From positions 1-30,593 of IMG/VR virus record IMGVR_UViG_3300031519_000143: a DNA stretch of 30,593 nucleotides; one strand, 5' to 3'. The stretch comes from a virus. Taxonomy: Duplodnaviria; Caudoviricetes. Below, one piece after another: positions 26,520 to 30,593 of the stretch (the stretch's first letter is position 1; the number at the start of each line of letters is the position of its first letter). Under the pieces are notes generated by a model. That model was not told the DNA's origin. It searched no databases and saw only the letters and a program-made list of their open reading frames with translations. The position numbers and the translations under genes were made by a program.

Positions 26520-26642
26520 TTACAAATTATCGTCTTGCCAACATTTTTCAGAACAAACCCCCGGTTCGTCAATTTCTTTACTGCAAACATTGCAATTAAA
26601 TTCTTTTAAATCTTCAGGATCAAAATTATCAAAGTAACTCAT
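26520..26642 (-). CDS. 40-aa zinc-finger microprotein (not in ORF track)
   Basis: MSYFDNFDPEDLKEFNCNVCSKEIDEPGVCSEKCWQDDNL*. Confidence 0.75.
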   Translation of the reverse strand: MSYFDNFDPEDLKEFNCNVCSKEIDEPGVCSEKCWQDDNL

Positions 26643-26646
26643 ATTT

Positions 26647-26859
26647 TTATTTTTTATATTTTAAATCATTTTCTAAATAGTACAATTCCCGTTCTAAATA
26701 TTCAATAGCCTTTTCAAGATCTTGAATTTCGTTTTCTTTTTTTCCGGCCCGACAAATGTATTTTAATACATTGCCTAAGTTAAAATTTAGATCGTAATGT
26801 TTTACAACGTCAATAATATCGTAATCCTGACCGCTTTCATAATGTTTTGGTGTGCTCAT
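26647..26859 (-). CDS. DUF3310 protein (T7 gp1.7-related)
   Basis: PKHY, FNLGNVLKY..RAGKK....DLEKA..YL. Confidence 0.85.
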   Translation of the reverse strand: MSTPKHYESGQDYDIIDVVKHYDLNFNLGNVLKYICRAGKKENEIQDLEKAIEYLERELYYLENDLKYKK

Positions 26860-26941
26860 AATTTTAATGTATTCTTTTTATTTATTAATAACCCTTATTT
26901 GTATGCTTTATTGTTTTTACAGATTTTTTTAGTTGCTTATT

Positions 26942-27238
26942 TTAATTTGAATAAGGTTTATATTTATTTATATGCTCTTCAAACCATTTATTTTGAAACT
27001 TTACGCCGTTAACCTGCAGGAACAACCTATGTTCTGTTAATAAAAAGGCCATCTTACTTTTAATTTCCCCTAATTCCACGTGTTTAACCCTAGTTAATAG
27101 CATTAGGTTTTCGATTCTGTTTTCTCTGTTAACAATGTGGTGTATATCCACGCCTTTACCTCCGCTAATTTCGCAAGGAATAAAATCGCTTATATCGTAA
27201 CCTAAAGCATCCATATAAATTTTAGTGTGTTTCTTCAT
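26942..27238 (-). CDS. Degenerate HNH endonuclease-like protein
   Basis: CEIS....VDIHHI......IENLMLLTRVKH. Confidence 0.6.
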   Translation of the reverse strand: MKKHTKIYMDALGYDISDFIPCEISGGKGVDIHHIVNRENRIENLMLLTRVKHVELGEIKSKMAFLLTEHRLFLQVNGVKFQNKWFEEHINKYKPYSN

Positions 27239-27477
27239 TATATTTTATTTATTTCTTGTTTAACTTCTTTCCAATAATTCCTTAATTCTTCTGAATAATA
27301 CACTAAAGTATTATAACTTTTTATTATTTCATCTACACAAATTAATGCACATTGTTTAGAATTTATTAAACGTATTATTTCACTATCCTTATACCTGTTA
27401 TCGTCGACATATTCCGTATGCTTGCAGTTAAAAATAAATTCACTTACTAAATCGTCTGCTTTTTCTTTTGCTGTCAT
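27238..27477 (-). CDS. Hypothetical protein (small phage family)
   Basis: MTAKEKA..LV, KQCALICVDEII, YWKEVKQEI. Confidence 0.75.
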   Translation of the reverse strand: MTAKEKADDLVSEFIFNCKHTEYVDDNRYKDSEIIRLINSKQCALICVDEIIKSYNTLVYYSEELRNYWKEVKQEINKI

Positions 27478-27481
27478 AATT

Positions 27482-27814
27482 TTAAATATCTTTTATTTTT
27501 ACATTTGCATTAGAAAGCCATTGATCAAATCTGTTTTGCCTTGTAACAATTAAATCAATACGGCCCATATCCTTCATAATTACATCACTAATATTTTCAG
27601 AAACTTTTTCTTTAAAACCCTGAATTAAATAATCGATATGTTTTAGATCTCTTTTTAATGGCGTTCCAAAAATATACTGATCTTTAAAAACCTTATTTAA
27701 CAAATTCCTTTCTATTGTAAAATTTTGGCAAATAGTTTTTCCGTTTAATCCTCTTGAACCGGTTCTATTTAATTCAATAGACAATTCAAATTCAAAGTGT
27801 GTCGTTTTATCCAT
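27482..27814 (-). CDS. Hypothetical protein
   Basis: 110-aa ORF tightly packed in operon. Confidence 0.7.
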   Translation of the reverse strand: MDKTTHFEFELSIELNRTGSRGLNGKTICQNFTIERNLLNKVFKDQYIFGTPLKRDLKHIDYLIQGFKEKVSENISDVIMKDMGRIDLIVTRQNRFDQWLSNANVKIKDI

Positions 27815-27815
27815 T

Positions 27816-27944
27816 TTAAAGCACTTTAATTAAACCGTTTTGATAATAACAACATACCAATCCCGTTTGTAAAATAACTGTCTTAATAGGCGCTAAATTA
27901 CGCTTAACTAATTCCGTTTTTATTTTTCTTTTAAGTCCTTTCAT
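27816..27944 (-). CDS. 42-aa basic peptide (not in ORF track)
   Basis: MKGLKRKIKTELVKRNLAPIKTVILQTGLVCCYYQNGLIKVL*; stop 1 nt before next ATG. Confidence 0.6.
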   Translation of the reverse strand: MKGLKRKIKTELVKRNLAPIKTVILQTGLVCCYYQNGLIKVL

Positions 27945-27954
27945 AATTAAAAGT

Positions 27955-28062
27955 TTATTTTTTATTTAGGTTAATTATTATTTTAACAACCATTAAACCT
28001 ATTATTAATAACATAATTATTTCTTTTGATTCCATAATATTTAATTTTATTTCTCTACTCAT
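27955..28062 (-). CDS. 26-35-aa membrane peptide
   Basis: (MSREIKLNI)MESKEIIMLLIIGLMVVKIIINLNKK*. Confidence 0.5.
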   Translation of the reverse strand: MSREIKLNIMESKEIIMLLIIGLMVVKIIINLNKK

Positions 28063-28064
28063 AA

Positions 28065-28148
28065 TTAAAAGTTTATAGAAATTAATATTATCACTATTAT
28101 CGTTATTACTCCTAAAAATACTTGTTTGTTTAGTTTTTCTTCGTTCAT
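28065..28148 (-). CDS. 27-aa membrane peptide (not in ORF track)
   Basis: MNEEKLNKQVFLGVITIIVIILISINF*; first ATG after promoter and AAAC leader. Confidence 0.55.
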   Translation of the reverse strand: MNEEKLNKQVFLGVITIIVIILISINF

Positions 28149-28179
28149 TTTGTTTTGTTTTTGTTTGTTTTGCTTGCAT

Positions 28180-28187
28180 CAAAGATA
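28180..28187 (-). promoter_or_regulatory. -7 promoter box TATCTTTG
   Basis: TAnnTTTG followed by GATGCAAGCAAAACAAAC leader. Confidence 0.6.
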
Positions 28188-28276
28188 CAACGCATTATTA
28201 AATTAAAAAAATATTTTAAATTTTATTTTAAAGTTTTCTTTTAATTTGTCCTAAAACACTTGTAAATAAAGGGCAT

Positions 28277-28310
28277 AAAAAAAAGGCCCGAAAATTAATT
28301 CAGGCCTTTT
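28277..28310 (-). terminator. Intrinsic terminator after capsid gene
   Basis: AAAAGGCCTGAA-TTAATT-TTCGGGCCTTTT + U-run. Confidence 0.85.
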
Positions 28311-28330
28311 AATATGTAAAATACTATTTA

Positions 28331-29512
28331 TTAAGCGGTTTCAAGTAACGCCTTTGCAGCGGTAAAAGTTCCTTTAACAAATGCATTCGGTAAGTAGTTC
28401 GTTAAAGCTACTCTCTCTGATACTCTTACAGTAACAAAGCCATCTCTTACGTTTGTGCCATCCTCTCTAAAGAATTCAACGTTTACGCCTTCACGTACCC
28501 ATAATTGTGTGCCAACTCCAAAGTTTCCAATCAAGAAAGATCCTGCAGCAATTGCAGTATTTAAAACAACCTTAACGCCCATAAATACCGGCTGTAAACC
28601 TCCGTAAACTTGGTCTTTTAAGTAGTTGTTATTTGTATCTTTTAATAATAAGATTTTATGAAAATCACTAGGATTTAATAAAATAGTATCAGCATTATAA
28701 TTAGATAAAGATAATTGATTTAATGATGCAACAATTACATCAAATTCGTTTGCAGCTTCAACGGTACCCGCTAAAGATCCCGCAGCAAATGCAGCCGAAT
28801 CGCCAATAATACCGCTTAATTGAGCGCCTGAACCTGATCCACTTAAAATTTGTGTATCCTCAACTTCTAACAATTTTTCCGGCGCACGCGCTGAAAGGTA
28901 AGAAGTTAATTGAGGCGTATCAGATAGCATTTCTTCAGAAATTCTGAAATATGTTCCGATTTTTCTCACGTTTGCATCACTTGCAGTCATATCAAAATCA
29001 GATTGCGTCAAGGTTGCGCCTTCAGCGGTTGCTGCTGCTCCGTTTGAATATCCTGATTCTTTCACAAATCTAACAACATCGCTTTGAGTTGATCCCAATG
29101 CCAAAAGTTGTCTAATATGAACCGGTCTAGTTGGATCAAATTTGTATCCTGCTACTCTATCAGCCGGTATAACTTCACCCGTAAAATCTGCACCGATAGT
29201 CATATCAGCTTTTAACTCAAAAGAAGCACTTCTTGAATTACCCTTTGAAAGGCCTTCAATTGCTCCATTTTTTAAAGCCTCGCTTAATGCTCCTTTAAAA
29301 GTCATTTTTGTAGATGCTGCAAAGTTCTTTTTGTTAGAAACTTCCATTGCATCAAAACGATCATTTAATTTGTTACTTATTTCCACTATTTCGCCCTTTG
29401 TTACTTCGTTTGCTTTTAAAGCGCCTTCACTTTGTAACTTATTCGACTTTTCAATTTTAGAATCAATTGCTTCATTGAATTGATCTAGTTGATTTTTGAT
29501 ATTTTCTTCCAT
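28331..29512 (-). CDS. Major capsid protein (HK97 fold, N-terminal delta domain)
   Basis: Coiled-coil N-terminus to ELKA; AEGA, RISEEMLSD, ED.QILSG.G, LNPSDF, VRVSERV. Confidence 0.95.
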   Translation of the reverse strand: MEENIKNQLDQFNEAIDSKIEKSNKLQSEGALKANEVTKGEIVEISNKLNDRFDAMEVSNKKNFAASTKMTFKGALSEALKNGAIEGLSKGNSRSASFELKADMTIGADFTGEVIPADRVAGYKFDPTRPVHIRQLLALGSTQSDVVRFVKESGYSNGAAATAEGATLTQSDFDMTASDANVRKIGTYFRISEEMLSDTPQLTSYLSARAPEKLLEVEDTQILSGSGSGAQLSGIIGDSAAFAAGSLAGTVEAANEFDVIVASLNQLSLSNYNADTILLNPSDFHKILLLKDTNNNYLKDQVYGGLQPVFMGVKVVLNTAIAAGSFLIGNFGVGTQLWVREGVNVEFFREDGTNVRDGFVTVRVSERVALTNYLPNAFVKGTFTAAKALLETA

Positions 29513-29515
29513 TTT

Positions 29516-30205
29516 TTAATTTTTTAATGAATTAATTAAATATTTATACACTTCAGAATCATTGCTTTTTACCTCAACATTCGGCAAAGTGATTTTTTCA
29601 ACCGGCTTTGTGAATTCAATAAATAATGATTTTAATTTTAAAACTTCCGCTTCAATGGCGAATCCCATATCGTCAGAAATATTTCCTTTTTTTAATAATT
29701 TTGAAAGGTTATCATACCTTTTTGATAATTTATTTACATCAACGTTTCCTTTTACGTCTAATATTTTCGCCTGATCGTTTGCAGCCAATGTAACGGCGCT
29801 AATCTCATACAATTTAACTTCCGTTATTTCACGAAATCCGGCTTTCTCTTTGCCTTGTAACGGTAAAATACCGACACTATTTTCAGTAATTATTCCCGCC
29901 TTCATTAATTCAATAACATCTTTACCTAATTGAGTTTGTGCAATCTTAGCAACAAAAACCAATCCTTTGTCATCTTCATAAAGTTCCTGCATTTTACCAA
30001 TAGGCAACGCCATATCGTGCTGATATAAGTACTTAACACGTTCGCCATTTTCAGACAATGTTTTTTTATAAGCGCCTTTCATTATAATATCGTTGTCAGA
30101 ATCTTTGTTTCCAAAAATACTAGCATAACCTTTTATAATTCCCGCGTTTTCGTCAGTATCGATCAACTTATCAATTGGCGCGGCTTTATATAACATTTGA
30201 TTCAT
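29516..30205 (-). CDS. Prohead protease (HK97 family)
   Basis: GYASIFGNKDSDND.I.KGA, LYQHD..PIG, SVG, LYEISAVT.AAN..A. Confidence 0.93.
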   Translation of the reverse strand: MNQMLYKAAPIDKLIDTDENAGIIKGYASIFGNKDSDNDIIMKGAYKKTLSENGERVKYLYQHDMALPIGKMQELYEDDKGLVFVAKIAQTQLGKDVIELMKAGIITENSVGILPLQGKEKAGFREITEVKLYEISAVTLAANDQAKILDVKGNVDVNKLSKRYDNLSKLLKKGNISDDMGFAIEAEVLKLKSLFIEFTKPVEKITLPNVEVKSNDSEVYKYLINSLKN

Positions 30206-30210
30206 AAAAA

Positions 30211-30228
30211 AATTTTTTGTAAATATAC
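30211..30228 (-). promoter_or_regulatory. Putative late promoter GTATATTTACAAAAAATT
   Basis: Exact 18-bp match to 18614-18631. Confidence 0.65.
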
Positions 30229-30248
30229 GAATTTAATTTTTCTGTAAT

Positions 30249-30593
30249 TTAATCATCTTCTAAATTGGATCCGGTTGCGTTTATTGTATTAATTATATCT
30301 AAATTATTTACCCCGGTCGTATTTGCGCCACCTAATCCGAAATTTATATCCGTTATTTCTGTGGCCGCCTCGGCATTTGTTTTCGGAAATGGTGCAACGC
30401 TGCACCTGCAATTGATAACCTCAGCTGAAGGCCCCGCAGGATCACCCGGATACATCATAAAGGCACCGCCAACATTAAAAGAATCATCATAAGGAATTGG
30501 ATTTCCTGAACCTGCATCCACGTGCGTATCCCTTGTTCTATCATCAAATGAAGATATCCATTCTTTCATCATTTGCGTGCCCGGAAATATTGT
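30249..30593 (-). CDS. Head morphogenesis protein (Mu gpF-like), 3' part
   Basis: KEW.S..DDRTR.TH, F.VGG..M.YPGDP......VINCRC. Confidence 0.88.
   Translation of the reverse strand, partial: TIFPGTQMMKEWISSFDDRTRDTHVDAGSGNPIPYDDSFNVGGAFMMYPGDPAGPSAEVINCRCSVAPFPKTNAEAATEITDINFGLGGANTTGVNNLDIINTINATGSNLEDD
30467..30593. repeat. Terminal 127-bp direct repeat, copy 2
   Basis: Identical to 1-127. Confidence 0.95.

Noticed and set aside
7245-28172. Recurrent AAACAAAAACAAA tracts before start codons
   Set aside because: Consistent with ordinary A-rich, SD-less Bacteroidota translation leaders
27955-28182. 75-aa ORF as listed
   Set aside because: Its start overlaps the promoter box and it reads through the AAAC leader; better explained as two short peptides
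1449-30492. All plus-strand ORFs in the track
   Set aside because: Each is an antisense shadow of well-supported minus-strand genes, with no recognisable motifs
30467-30593. 127-bp terminal repeat as biological DTR
   Set aside because: Length equals a common assembler k-mer and it falls mid-gene; it indicates circularity or permutation only
1-30593. Stop-codon reassignment or tRNA genes
   Set aside because: Genes tile densely under the standard code and no cloverleaf was recognised

Overview
The window is an apparently complete, circular ~30,466-bp tailed phage genome; bases 1-127 equal 30467-30593, most likely an assembler overlap. It is AT-rich and every credible gene is on the minus strand. 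It encodes a siphovirus-type virion: TerS/TerL, portal, Mu-F-like head protein spanning the junction, HK97 protease and capsid, neck proteins, tail tube, chaperones, tape measure, tail tip and fibres. It also carries a holin/M15 endolysin cassette and a replication/recombination block (HTH, ERF, SSB-like, RecE-like, DnaA-C-like HTH, VRR-NUC, initiator with internal iterons, Twinkle/T7-gp4-like primase-helicase). I saw no integrase, DNA polymerase, tRNA, CRISPR array or reverse transcriptase. TAnnTTTG promoter boxes and A-rich SD-less leaders point to a Bacteroidota (probably Flavobacteriaceae) host (inference). The most notable unexplained signals are: a two-hairpin kissing-loop element in the initiator leader; apparent absence of CCAG/CTGG and CATG alongside frequent CCGG; a palindromic operator at three promoters; an ORF inserted in the lysis cassette between 18-bp direct repeats; a short peptide motif shared by two tail proteins; and several unannotated micro-ORFs. 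All calls come from reading the sequence by eye, with no database searches.
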